A stretch of DNA of 63,686 nt, filler included, from Polymyxa betae A26-41 (lineage: Eukaryota > Protista > Endomyxa: Phytomyxea): the NCBI GenBank assembly GCA_003693705.1. It is 6 parts of 6 records of this genome, joined end to end, with 100 filler letters (N's around TTAATTAATTAA, not from the genome) between each part and the next. Parts side by side here need not be neighbours in the genome. Positions count along the whole stretch, not along the records: positions 1 to 4,877 come from RBZT01000948.1; positions 4,978 to 14,011 come from RBZT01000196.1; 4 more parts are not named here. One strand, given 5' to 3'. Made by a program: the position numbers and the translations under genes. Below, one piece after another: positions 1 through 11,678 of this stretch (its first letter is position 1; every line of letters begins with the position of its first letter). The notes under the pieces were generated by a model. It did no database searches and was not told the origin of the DNA. It saw only the letters and a program-made list of their open reading frames with translations.

Positions 1-235
1 ATGAGAAACGTACGAATTTTGGAGTTGATCGGAATGGTTGCGTGGAGGCCGCTCCTCGCCATTCATAGTAGGGAGACGAGGGGACCCGCGCAGTCCGTGA
101 CAGTTAGGGCTCTTCCCCTATAGGAATCGTCAGCAGGGGCGCAGCCCTCTGCGCAGCCCCTCAGGAAGGGCCAGTACGACTGCCTGGTGGTCGGCTGGGC
201 GGCTGCGAGTACTGTCATGCTCAATGGGCATGACA
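1..235 (-). mobile_element. LTR (family E), partial, inserted into Copia gag
   Basis: Minus strand starts TGTCATGCCCATTGAGCATGACAGTACTCGCAGCCGCCCAG; a near-identical start occurs at 53874-53914 (+); it interrupts the Copia gag frame at 235. Confidence 0.7.
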
Positions 236-594
236 AATCCATGCAACTCGGAACGACGGCGTTCTTTGTCATTAGCGGAGCTTCCATTATGACAAGACTT
301 AAGGGCAATCCACATCTCACAAGCTGTTGTTTTGTCCATAATCTTCATTTTCATTTCAGCATCAACGCAACGGACAATTTGACTTTTAGCGAGGGCATGT
401 CGAATATTGTAATCTTTAAGTGCAGCAGTTTGGACTGCGGGAGGCGCAGTCTCGGCATTTTCAATGAGAGTCCATACATTATTGGCCTCTGCAGCCAGCT
501 GGAACTCGAAAGCCCATATCGAATAATTGTTACTCGAGAGCAAGTCTCCAACGAACTTTTGTACCGCAGCGGTAGATCCGAGAGTAGAACTCAT
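236..594 (-). pseudogene. Ty1/Copia gag N-terminal fragment
   Basis: LLSSNNYSIWAFEFQL...NVWTLI...AKSQIVRCV...TACEMWIALK is typical Copia gag; truncated by the LTR insertion. Confidence 0.85.
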
Positions 595-791
595 GTGATG
601 AACTTTCGCAGTGACTAGTTAGGAGGATAAGTCGTGTCGGGGTTGGAAACCAAGCCCACAGTATGCACGAATCCTTTGTCAGCAGTCCGGATCAGGCAAT
701 ACAGAGCGATCCAATCACTCCTTGCACTATCCCTGAGACGTATTCTAGTGGTCAAACTACGGCGTCAACACGATCGGGTCTTGCGCGAGAG

Positions 792-805
792 CTGGGCCTA
801 TAACC
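792..805 (-). promoter_or_regulatory. Copia PBS, half-tRNA-iMet (hemivirus) type
   Basis: GGTTATAGGCCCAG directly after the LTR-terminal CA; one mismatch to the copia-type GGTTATGGGCCCAG. Confidence 0.8.
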
Positions 806-1315
806 TGAAAGATGCTACAAGTCGGAGTGTTCAATGTAGGCTAGTTAACAGAGTTAATTGTATATTAGGTAACATAGGACAGATCATGTAGGACACGATT
901 CCGGTGCAAGGATCTAGTACACGGCAAGGGACTGGAATGTTGCATCATGGTCACGTGACCGTGACGCCCGCTCCAACAGGGCTGAGTATAGCTGAGCTCC
1001 GCGATCCAGAATCCAACGAATGCAATCGCGGGCATCCTGCAAGCTGGACGAAATCGAACCCGAATAATAAAAGGCTTTTCGTTAATGGGCCATGAGTTCA
1101 ATAAATTTATAAGTTTGTGCGGAATTTTCAAACTCTCGCCAAGGCCATTTTCTCGTCGTTTCGCCATTAAGAGAGTATGTTCATATAATAAATAGGGCAG
1201 ACAGAAAGTGCCCTCCATTACGATTGCAGAAAGGGCCGTTGGTCGGGTACGGCGGGTGCTGTCAGCATCTGTTGATTGTGTCAGCGGCTAGTACGACCAT
1301 AGATTGAGTACCACA
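806..1315 (-). mobile_element. Copia 5' LTR
   Basis: Ends in CA adjacent to the PBS; begins TGTGGTAC where ARF-like homology stops; the 1315 boundary is inferred. Confidence 0.6.
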
Positions 1316-1513
1316 GACCGGGGATAATATATTCAATGTATCTTCAATCCATTTAATAGCACGATCTAGACCTGGATCTGTTCTATTATTAAGAGAGGCC
1401 CCTTCAATATGCCATTTTCGGTTCTGTAATGATCGAAGATCGAGCCGCTCTGTGATTTCTTCCACTGACATGACATTGGGCAGATCGTGATTATTGGCCA
1501 AAACCAGCAGAAT
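1316..1513 (-). pseudogene. ARF/ARL GTPase C-terminal fragment
   Basis: ILLVLANNHDLPNVMSVEEITERLDLRSLQNRKWHIEGAS...GLDRAIKWI resembles the ARF G4-G5 region (NKxD degraded to NNHD); bounded by two LTRs. Confidence 0.8.
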
Positions 1514-2176
1514 TGTCGAAACACGGACTAGGAGACAGACAAAGCGAAAGGTGAGCGGATTCAAACGCACACTGTATTGCAACAATTATAATAATGATAA
1601 AAAATCAAATCAAAAGCACGCGACGTCGCGTGCGACGTGGAGCTAGGGTTTTAGGGTTTGTTGCGCTTGGCACGACATCACCCCCTCCTGAATAAGAACT
1701 AGCGGGAGATGAAGTGGAAGTGCGGTTCCAGTAATCGGTGATCACTTGCTGATCGTCAAAATGGCCAAATGGCTCCCAAGAGTCTTCCTCCGGGCCGAAA
1801 TGCTTCCAGCGGACGAGGCACTCACGCTTGGCTGGGGGTCCACGATGATCTAATACGCGGTCTACAACATAGGAAACTGCATCAGAACGAGGGTCCTTGC
1901 TGACCAATTTCAGCTGAGAAGGAGCGACTGCACGCTGATACAGGGTCTGGTCGTTATCCAGAAGTTGATAGCTCCCTCCTTTGGTGCGACGGAGAACCTT
2001 ATACGGACCTTCATAATACGGTCGATTTTTACCCGAGCGTGCTGGGTCGACCACCATAACATAGGAGCCTATTGGGAAAGGATCCTTCGAAATTCGATGA
2101 TGTTTTGCAAACTTGACAATAGCTCTAGAAGCATTGCCAGCGTGGCGGTCAGAGATAGCGGGAAATAAGACGTCTG
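1514..2176 (-). mobile_element. Chromodomain Ty3/Gypsy family A, copy 1, 3' end (LTR 1514-1677)
   Basis: Integrase GPY motif and chromodomain (YVVDRVLDHRG...LVRWKHFGPEEDSWEP), PPT AGGAGGGGG, 164-bp TG..CA LTR also at 5738-5901. Confidence 0.92.
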
Positions 2177-4877
2177 TTGGATTGGATTGGATTGGATTTA
2201 TGTATTTATTACACCCATATATAGATATGAGTGAGGTAGGTATTCGACTAATTTGGATAGGTTTGGTAACAAACTGATGGGTCGGTATTCCCCTGGTTTC
2301 GGCTTGGGAAGTGGTACTATGCGCGCTGCTTTAAGAGTTTGTGGGTATTCTCTTTGCTCAAAAATTTGGTTGTTTATGGCTTGCAAAATGAACTCTGCGA
2401 ATTCACTCTCTTCGCATGCTAGTTTGATGAGTCGATTTGATATTCCATCGGGGCCTTTTGAAGATTTTATGTTGGCTCTACGGATTGCCTGTTCTAATTC
2501 TCGCATGGTGAAGTCGGGTTTATCTTCGCTTAAGCTTCTAGTTTTAGTTGTTTTGAGGTCGATGTCCAGCTGATTTTGTTCCTCTGTTGAGGGTTTAACG
2601 TCATTTTGTCCAAAAATTGCTTCAAACTTCTGAGCTATAATTTCAGCTTCTGAGTTTGCCTGTTCATAGTGGATGATATTTTGTCTGCGTTTTTTATTGA
2701 GTTGCGGTTCTAGCTGTTTTAGTAATTTATAGAATTCCGCGCCAGTTGGCTCTTCGCATGCTTTTTTGATTTGTTGAATACTGTAATCTTTTTTGGTTTT
2801 TTTGAATAGTCGTCTAAATTCTTTTCGTGCTCTTTGGTATATACGATATGGTTCTACTGTGTCTTGTTGGCGTGAACGGGCTTTCCTGATTGCTTTGCGA
2901 GCTTTATTCTGGAGTCTGACCGCGTTTTTCAGTTCAGGTGTCCAGAATTTGATAGGTTTGTGCTGAGTTGTTTTATAAGCTATTGATGTTTTAAGAATTT
3001 CATTGATTTGTTCTAGAGTCACTGTTCTACGGTTTGTTTGGTGGATTGCTGCTTGAAGGTTTTTTCTGGTGTTCTGTATATCCAGAACCGTGTATTCTAT
3101 AGTGTTTTTATTATTGCAGTTGTTTCCATTTTCTTGATACGGATTGCGGTCTAACTGTAGCTTGGTTTTTGTTGGATTGTGGTCGCTATTGAAGATTGGC
3201 ATCACCTTATGTTTTAATATGGATTCATAGGCTTCATTATTGGCTAGTGTGATATCTAATGTGTTATTCTCTCTAGTAGGAATCCTTTTATCGTTTACTA
3301 GGTGTAAATGGAGTAGTACTTCGTCTAGATATCTGTGGTTTTCTGTGTGGTTGGATCCAAATCTTTTATCGCGGGTATTCAAATCCCCTGTGACGAATAC
3401 TTTATGTGTGCGATTCGCGTTGCACCATTCGTCTATGAACTGAAGAAGATCTTTCCAGTGTTCGCTTCTGGCAATGTGAGTCAACTCCGGCACGATGTAT
3501 GTGTGTACTAATAATAGTTCGCTATTTATGTTCAAGCATTGTGTCAGAATCCGTGGGTGGTTATTATCCAGGTCTGTGGTTATATTTGCGATATTAAGTC
3601 CTTGTCTCCAGAAGATCGCGCTTTGGGTGTCTGTATCGCTATAATCATAGAGAGGAAATCCCTGGATTTTTCTATAATTTCCAAGCTCGGAGATGCATAG
3701 AACGTCAAATGTGCTGTTTGATACTAATAACTCAAGTTGTGCTTTTTTCGCTGCGTTTAAAGAGCAGGCATTCCACTGTAAGATTTTCAAGGTATGTTGG
3801 TTTTCTACTGGATCTTCGGTTGCCTGGATCGAAATCTCAGAATGGGTTTCGTTAGTTTCATCGACGGGATCTATCTGCAGTCTATTAAAATAGTCGGTGA
3901 TGTTTTTCTGTCGTGGAGTTCCATTGCCCGGTGGTGGTAATCGAAAGATTCTATCTTTGGTTTCTTCGGTGCGGTGATGAAATGGTTTCTCTGAGCTATC
4001 AAGTCTCTGTACTTCATTCTCTATGTGTTGTTTTGGCGTTATTTCACTATCTTTGTTATTTTGATGGGTTTTGTGTTTTCTCGAAAAGAGGTGGTTTTGA
4101 TTCCTGTGGTATAATCCGTTGCAAAATATGTAGAAACGATCATTGATGTTTCAGGTGAACATTTTCTGGCATAGATAATTGCTGAATATTGCCATTCGGG
4201 ATGTTTTGTGTCGATCCATGAGATAAATAGTTCGAGTCCGAAGACTATTGTTTATTCGAGCCCGATGCCTATTTAATAATAGGGTCCGACGGTTGTATAA
4301 TTGAGTCCGAAGACGGTTGTAAATTCGAGTCCGAAGACTTGTATAATTTCGATCGAGATGCTCTCGAGAGTGATCGGGTCCATTTTCAGAGAATACTATG
4401 CGGTATTCTCGGAGAAAGAGACTTAGCAGGGACTGGAACAAGATCCAGCCTGCCCCGGTCACCGCCAATGAAACTGACCTGCCTTGGGATAGTCCCAGGG
4501 AGTGATCAATCCGAGCGTCATTGCGGGGACCCCCTGGGCCCGCTCGGCTGGGGCCGGCGGGACCGGTAAGGGGAGGGCACTGCCATGGTCGACGCTCTCG
4601 ACCTACCGTTAGACCGACTCCGCTACGTCGACTGGGCCTCGAATCAGAGCTTGGACGCCGACGACGACCAGCTCGATGACGTCGAGACGCTCACACCAAC
4701 CACGCACTTTCGGAGTGTGTACAACTGTTGTATGCGTAGCAGGGTCGAAAAAAAATTCAAGAATCCAACCGTGAACGGATCTCTTAGTCGGTATGATCCG
4801 GTTCCCTCCAGTTGTGTTCTGAACTGGTTCTGCTGAACGTGCTACTGTGGTAGCTTCTTGTTCAGCTTCCTGCCGGT
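2177..4877 (-). mobile_element. APE-type non-LTR retrotransposon (LINE), RT internally deleted, (TCCAA)n tail
   Basis: APE motifs QWNACS, CISE, GDLN, LDITL, SDHNP; RT start YRPISLLPNLSKL then early stop; (TCCAA)4 tail at 2177-2196; 5' end lost at the gap. Confidence 0.9.
2198..3790 (-). CDS. LINE ORF: apurinic endonuclease plus truncated RT N-terminus
   Basis: 530-aa stop-free ORF; frame stays open upstream to 4150; no ATG before the APE domain. Confidence 0.85.
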   Translation of the reverse strand: MKILQWNACSLNAAKKAQLELLVSNSTFDVLCISELGNYRKIQGFPLYDYSDTDTQSAIFWRQGLNIANITTDLDNNHPRILTQCLNINSELLLVHTYIVPELTHIARSEHWKDLLQFIDEWCNANRTHKVFVTGDLNTRDKRFGSNHTENHRYLDEVLLHLHLVNDKRIPTRENNTLDITLANNEAYESILKHKVMPIFNSDHNPTKTKLQLDRNPYQENGNNCNNKNTIEYTVLDIQNTRKNLQAAIHQTNRRTVTLEQINEILKTSIAYKTTQHKPIKFWTPELKNAVRLQNKARKAIRKARSRQQDTVEPYRIYQRARKEFRRLFKKTKKDYSIQQIKKACEEPTGAEFYKLLKQLEPQLNKKRRQNIIHYEQANSEAEIIAQKFEAIFGQNDVKPSTEEQNQLDIDLKTTKTRSLSEDKPDFTMRELEQAIRRANIKSSKGPDGISNRLIKLACEESEFAEFILQAINNQIFEQREYPQTLKAARIVPLPKPKPGEYRPISLLPNLSKLVEYLPHSYLYMGVINT

Positions 4878-4977
4878 NNNNNNNNNNNNNNNNNNNNNNN
4901 NNNNNNNNNNNNNNNNNNNNNTTAATTAATTAANNNNNNNNNNNNNNNNNNNNNNNNNNNNNNNNNNNNNNNNNNNN
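4878..4977. other. Artificial contig linker (also 14012-14111, 37181-37280, 53915-54014, 61277-61376)
   Basis: Identical 100-nt N-run/TTAATTAATTAA/N-run (six-frame stop spacer) occurs five times. Confidence 0.97.
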
Positions 4978-5189
4978 GGATTGGACGCAATACCAACAGA
5001 TCGATCATTTACTTCTTGAATGGCGACAATCTCCTTTTTGCGTTCCGGAGAGACTGCGTTTTGACTACTTACTTGAAAATAGAGATCGTCGATCTCCTTA
5101 ATTATTAAGGAGACGAAAAATGCCATCCGCTGTCAGAGCTACTTAATAAAGAGAAACACAAAAAGTATATCCGTCGCACTTCAAGCACG

Positions 5190-5510
5190 CTCTTGAGGAA
5201 GATCTGAAGAGCTGCTCCTTCAGCAGCCGATTGGGCTCATGAAAAACGAAAGTCATGGCAAAAACCTTTCTGCCGTTTATAAAGACGATAAATGGGTTGA
5301 AACAAGCAGGACGCATATGATGGAGCCAGATCGACTCGTTCCTGAAGGAAATTGGATTTACAAGCACAAGCGGAGACAGCTGCGCGTACGGGAATCACGA
5401 CTTCGATGAGATGATGATTGTGGTCATCTACCTGGACGACATCGTTCTGGCTGCAACATCAACGCAGATGCAGGGCATGATCGAGAAGGCGCTGAGAGAG
5501 GCGTCTAGCT
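5190..5510 (+). pseudogene. Copia RT remnant
   Basis: KTINGLKQAGRI*WSQIDSFLKEIGF...DSCAY...VIYLDDIVLA. Confidence 0.8.
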
Positions 5511-5737
5511 TGATCCAGCGAAGCGCAGAGCGCACAATTTCCAAAACTGTGAAAAATAATAACTGCGCCTCACAGATACTGATATGATTTTTCTGGTATC
5601 AAACCGGTAGTTCCCCTGCAAATATTGCTGATCCACCGCAGCCTGCATCGCGTTCATCTCAGCGGCAGAGCGCGAGTGCTGAAGGTTAGTTTTGACAGGA
5701 ACATGGTTTGGACAGCGGGTAGAGCCGGCAATATGTC

Positions 5738-8700
5738 TGTCGAAACACGGACTAGGAAACAGACAAAGCGAAAGGTGAGCGTATTCAAACGCACACTGTA
5801 TTGCAACAAGTATAATCATGATAAAAAATCAAATCAAAGGCACGCGACGTCGCGTACGACGTGGAGCTAGGGTTTTAGGGTTTGTTGTGCTTGCCACGAC
5901 ATTACCCCCTCCTAAATAAGAACAAGCGGGAGATGAAGTGGAAGTGCGGATCCAGTAGTCGGTGATCACTTGCTGATCGTCAAAATGGCCAAATGGCTCC
6001 CAACAGTCTTCCTCCGGGCCGAAATGCTTCCAGCGGACGAGATACTCGCGCTTGGCTAGGGGTCCACGATGATCTAATACACGGTCTACAACATAGGAAA
6101 CTGCATCAGAACGAGGGTCCTTGCTGACCAATTTCAGCTGAGAAGAAGCGACTGCACGCTGATACAGGGTCTGGTCGTTATCCAGAAGTTGATAGCTCCC
6201 TCCTTTGGTGCGACGGAGAACCTTATTCGGACCTTCATAATACGGTCGATTTTTACCTGAGCGGGCTGGGTCAACCACCATAACATAGGTGCCTATGGGA
6301 AAGGATCCTTCGAAATTCGATGATGTTTTGCAAACTTGACAATAGCTCTAGAGGCATTGCCAGCGTGGCGGTCAGCGTTAGCGGGAAATAAGACGTCTGT
6401 TGCCCATTGTAACCTATTGCGAAAAGGACTGAATTCGTCATTAGAAAGGAAACCCTTCTTTGTTAGACATGTCCTCATTGTAATCGATGAACGGGTTCAT
6501 CTTCCGTCCCAACATTATACTAAAAGGAGCAGATTGATGCAGAGCAGCAATCTTGGTGTTCACGTAGAGCTGAACAGCATGGACATAGCGATCCCAAAGT
6601 CGGTCTTCGCCGTCTAACATTTTGTGGATGGCCCGGCAGGTGGTCTGGACGAATCGTTCGTCCAGACCGTTCGCCCTGGGGTGGTATGGCGCTGACAGTC
6701 GATGGTTAATCTCCATCTCACGTGTCATTATGTTCATAAGCTGATTCACAAATTCCGTACCGTTATCGGATTGTAAAATGCGCCGAAATCCGAAGTCGCA
6801 AAATATCTGAAATAATGCGTGTGCAACGGAAGTAACGGTCTTATCTGGTAGAGAAAACAGAAACGAGTATGGACGCAAACTACGACTAAGAGAATATTGT
6901 TTCCTAGTTCAGAAGTGGAAAACGAAAGTGCCGTGTCAATGGCGATGTGATCCATCGGTTGCGAGGCTGTTATCGGTTTCAAAGGGTGGAATCCCTGGCG
7001 AACACTGTTAAATCGTTGACATGCAGTGCATTTTCAAACGAATTCCTCGACATCGCGTCGCATTGTGGGCCAGACCATATTGTCGTGAACGAGGGGCGAG
7101 ACTGTGGCCTTTACACCGAAGTGGCCCTGGATATGAGCCTTCATAATAGCGTCATGACGAAGATGTTCCGGTAAATTTCTGAGATTGCCGCATCGTCCGA
7201 CTGGTGAGACTCCGCGACCGAGACAGGGGAATTGCAAGTCTCCGGAGAAGATGAAGGGTAAAGCCGTGAGTGTCCGGCAGAATGTTAAGAAAACCCGGTC
7301 GATGTATGATATCGCGTACGACAGAATAACATCAATATAGTTTGACATTACCGGAAAGGGGTCCTTCTGTGGAAAAAGAAACGTAAGTGCACGGTGGTCA
7401 GTAAACAATTTAAGATGCCGTCCAAATTTGGAATAATGGAAGCGTTTGAGAGCAAAAACAATAGCTAAGAGTTCTTTGCGGGTTGCGGAGTAATTGCGCT
7501 CCGCAGTTTGTAGAGCCCGAGCAGCGAACAGGCTGTAGTGTCTGTTTGAAGTGACGTCCTCGCAGTTTTCGTCGCGCATTTGATTTAGGGCTGCTCCGAC
7601 ACCGACGTCCGAAGCGTCCGTTGCGACTCTAAACTCTAAGTCGAAGTCCGGGAAATGTAAGAATGCGCCTTGCTGTAAAACCTCTTTCAACGCAGAAAAT
7701 GCATGGTGACGATCACTGGTCCAGTTCGATTCTTCGATCTGGGGAAGTTTACGCATCGATTCGAGAGGTGCTGCAAGATTCGAATAACAAGGGATGAAAT
7801 CACGGAAATAATTGACGAGACCCAAATAGCGCTCGATGTCGTTCCCGGTCTGCGGAGTTGGCCAATTTGTGACATCAACCAGTTGGTGGCGATCAATACA
7901 TATTCCGTTCGAGCTGGAGGTATGTCCGAGGAGGTGAAGCGTTTTTCGAAAGAACTTCGACTTCTTCAGATTAATGCGTAGATTCGCCCTCGTCCAACGG
8001 TTTAGAGTATCGATCAGATCCCGTTGATGTTCTTCTGGTGAGGCCGAGCCGACCGGAACGTCGTCCAAGAATGGGAATGCACCTGTGGATCTCTCAAAAA
8101 TTCGGTGCATGGCTCTCTGTAGTAAGAATGAGGTTGGAATAAGTCCGAACGGAGTTCCTGCGAACATACGATCGCGCCCGTTCCATGTGAAAGCCAGTTT
8201 CTGATGATGCGGTTCGTAGAAGGCAATTGGAGGAAGCTCTGTTCGAGATCCATGGCGCTATAAATTTCATTTCCTGAAAGAAACTGAAAGACTTCGAAGA
8301 CAAGCCGTAACGGATACCGATCAGATTTCAACAGAATGTTGAGCCGTCGCGGGTCGATACAGACTCGTGCTGGTTTACGTTGACCAGTTTCGCTATCCTT
8401 TTTTAATGCGACCAACAGCGGAAGGTTCCACTCGCAGCCCCGTGGTGCGTCAACGACCTTACCATCTCGTATCCACTCTTGAATTTGTGCGTCGACGACT
8501 GGATGAATGGCGTTCGGAATCGGATACTGTCGGCGACAGACCGGCGAATGATCACCAGTCTCCAAGTACACCATGGCCTCCGGTAAGTTACAAAACGAAT
8601 TCTTTGGAATCGATTGGTTGCGCTCGAGTGCTTGTAGAAAGCTAGGGTCGGAAGATAATGGATGAGGAGGGTCGCAATTGTCCGGGCCAAAAAGTGCGGG

Positions 8701-10010
8701 AGATTCATCCGGTTGGGGTTCGATGACTATAGAGGGTTTCACCGGAACCATGAGCCCCACCACGGAGATTCCGACCGCCTTTTGGAGGTCGCGCCCGATA
8801 ACTGCGATAATGCCGGCTGGCGGCTGTCCAACATCGAATTTGAAGTGAAATTGCAGATCGCCATAAGTAACAGGAATCACAGCGTAACCTGGTCTAGGGA
8901 TGACATGTCCATGGGCTCCTAATGAAACATAATGCACGGGAGTGGGGTCACAGTAGGATCCCCGGATCGATGCAGAAAATGAACTGAACAAATTTTGAGA
9001 AATTGTTGAATGAGAGGCACCTGTATCGACGTAGCCCTGAATTTGAACTCCGTCCAGGACGATGGTCGTGAAAATTGCAGTGGAATAGTCCGGTTTGATG
9101 GATCCCTGCTTTGGGGTGCTCTTAGAAGAGGTCTGAACCGCGGACTCCGTGCTGTGTATGGTCTCGACCTGGTCAAAGAGCCGATAATAGCCTTCGACCG
9201 ACAAAACGTCGTCATACGCGCCCTCAACGGACTCTGGAGCCGAAGCGGATTCCATCTGATGGATGGCCGAAGAGACAGTACCGTTACTGCCAGATCTGTT
9301 GCCGTTACCTTGACTACTCGAAGGAGTTGGCGACAGTGCACGATCGGGACAGCTGTTAGATATGTGCCTCGGCTTGCGACATATAAAGCAAATAATACCG
9401 TTACCATTGCCAGCACTAGAAGCTGAGCCTCCTGAGCTGTTAGATGAGCTGTTGTAAGAAGAAGTTGCGGTTGCGGAGTTATTTGGTAGACGTCGACATT
9501 CGGATGTGCTATATCCGCAGACTCCGTGAAAATCACAGGTTTGTACCTGTTGACCGTTGCGGCGTTTTTCATGCGAGCCGTTGCTGATCCTGCCACTGTC
9601 GTGACCGCCTTTGCCGTTGGTGCTCACTTTCTGTGGCGAACTGCCGCCATTGCCGTTCGCGCGCGATGTATTCGACCTTCTCTCAACCGAACAGTATAAA
9701 GTCAGAGCATTGACCATTTTGCGTACGGTGTTGATGCAGTCCGGAGTTGCTACTTTGATGCTGTTCAACCAGTTGACTGCACCTCTAGGTAACGGTCAGA
9801 GAAACTCAGTAGTGAATTCATTCTCCTTGTCCGAGTCCTTTTTGGCGTTCATCATATACGATAAGTAGCGATCGCCGAAAGCCAGAAGACTTTCATCCGG
9901 AAGACGTTCGCATCGAATAAGCTCTCGTTCGTAGTGATGACGGATGTCGTCATCGACAAAGTGTCGGAGGAAACGTTCCCCTACCTCCGCCCGATCGTAA
10001 CCCTTGCTGA
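5738..10010 (-). mobile_element. Chromodomain Ty3/Gypsy family A, copy 2 (gag-PR-RT-RH-IN-CHD, frameshifted, 5' truncated)
   Basis: Zn knuckle CFICRKPRHISNSC, protease VDTGA, RT FLDD, RNase H TDASD/TDH, integrase SDNG, chromodomain, 3' LTR 5738-5901. Confidence 0.95.
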
Positions 10011-11678
10011 TGTAGCAGATCTACGGGTTCAGATCTTCGTGATTTGGGGCTAAAATGAATTCTCTATTCGAGCTCCCATTCCAGTCCGGTTATTCCGTCA
10101 CGGAGTCCATTTGAGTCCGTGGCGGAGTCGTCCTGAATATAGGGCCGTTTATATATATAATAAAAGTCTTTTTCTGGAAATATTCTGGAAATATTGACAC
10201 ACCCCTCTTCGAAAAACTCGTCTGGCTCTTGAATAGTTCTTATACAGTACCAAAATTTCACAGTTAGGGTTTAGGGTTTTAGGGTTTCGTCAATGTCTGT
10301 TTTCATTCATGTCTTCGATCATCTAGTCTTCAGCCTTCCGTCCTCTGGTCGTCTGTCTACTGTCATCAGTCATCAGTCTTCAATCTACAGTCATCGGTCT
10401 TCTGCCGTCTATCTTCGGGCTAGCCTTCATCATCTTTCTTCTTTCTCTATATAAAAAGATATTTATTTTTATAACAATTGGTCAATCTTCAATTTTTTCT
10501 GGACCTCGTCTATTTATCCATTCTTTACTTGTCTACATAAATAATCCGCATTAAAACCCAGTGGGATAAAAGCATGAATTTATTTATTGACTTTCAATTG
10601 GATTTCAGAAACCCAGCTGCTTCTTCTGCCAGTTCGTGGCCTTCTAACTTTAACTTTTTAATATATTTCTCTACTTTCGCAGGAATATCTTCATATAGTC
10701 TTAAGTGGCTCCCATGAGTCTTCGTCATGTGGGAAACCTCTCCATTCGACTAAAAATTCTAACTGGTTGCTGTCTGCATTCAGACGGCATCCTTTAAGGT
10801 CTTCAACTTGATAACTTTCGTTATCATGTGCAAACTGACTTTTTATCTCTTCGGTAACGTTAAGTTTGTCATCTGCGAAGAATCGTATCCTGTCTCCGTG
10901 AATCCACTTTCTGCGCGAATCCACGATGTTTTCGACTTCGAATATGTAGTGGTCTTCTGTAGCGACTATTCGGTACGGGCCGCGCCACTTTAAGAAAAGT
11001 TGGCGTCCGGACATTTTAGCGGGCTCCGCTATGCCAACTAACACGTAATCTCCGATACCGAAATTCGGCTCTCTTCTTTATTTGTTTGCGGTCCTTTTCT
11101 TCGCATCTCGTTGCTTCCGAGACGTTTCTTCTACTTCTTTATGCATTTTTTCTAACGCATTTTCAAGGTGTAGTTTTTGAATCTGGTCTTTCGACATTCT
11201 TATTTGAATAAATTAAGATTTTTTGGATTTTTGAAAATTTCTTCTAATGGGTTATCTGGCTGTAAGCCAGTCATCACTGTTATGGGAGCGTTTCCGTTGA
11301 GTCGGCTCTGCGGTCTATGATTCAACGTATGCTCAACGTTGGAATTCAACCAGGGCCAGTATTCCTTGTCCCAACGTAACTCGGAAAGCAGTGCTCTCAT
11401 CAGCGATAGATAGCACTTATTCACCACTTCGATGCTTCCGTTATTATAGTGCCCGTACGCTGTAGTGAGATGCTGTGTAACATTACACTTCAGTGCAAAT
11501 TTCTTCATGGTTTCGGACACAAAGTACGACGCCATGTCTGAGACCAACCTCTCCGGGGTCCCAAACAACGCGCGCCATTCCATCAGTGCGTCGACCGTGA
11601 CTTCTGTATCAGGGATCTTTGCGGGTGTTATCTTCACGAGGCCCGAAAGGTCGTCGCGCAAAATCAGGTTCCACTGTT
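10011..11678 (-). mobile_element. Gypsy family C 3' part (IN-CHD plus LTR 10011-10537) nested in family A gag
   Basis: Integrase (VSDMASYF, NGSIE, WRGPY), chromodomain (LVEWRGF..DSWEP); LTR with TGTAG..CTACA ends. Confidence 0.85.

Noticed and set aside
4922-4933. Recurring TTAATTAATTAA palindrome
   Set aside because: Always centred in identical N-runs; an assembly linker, not biology
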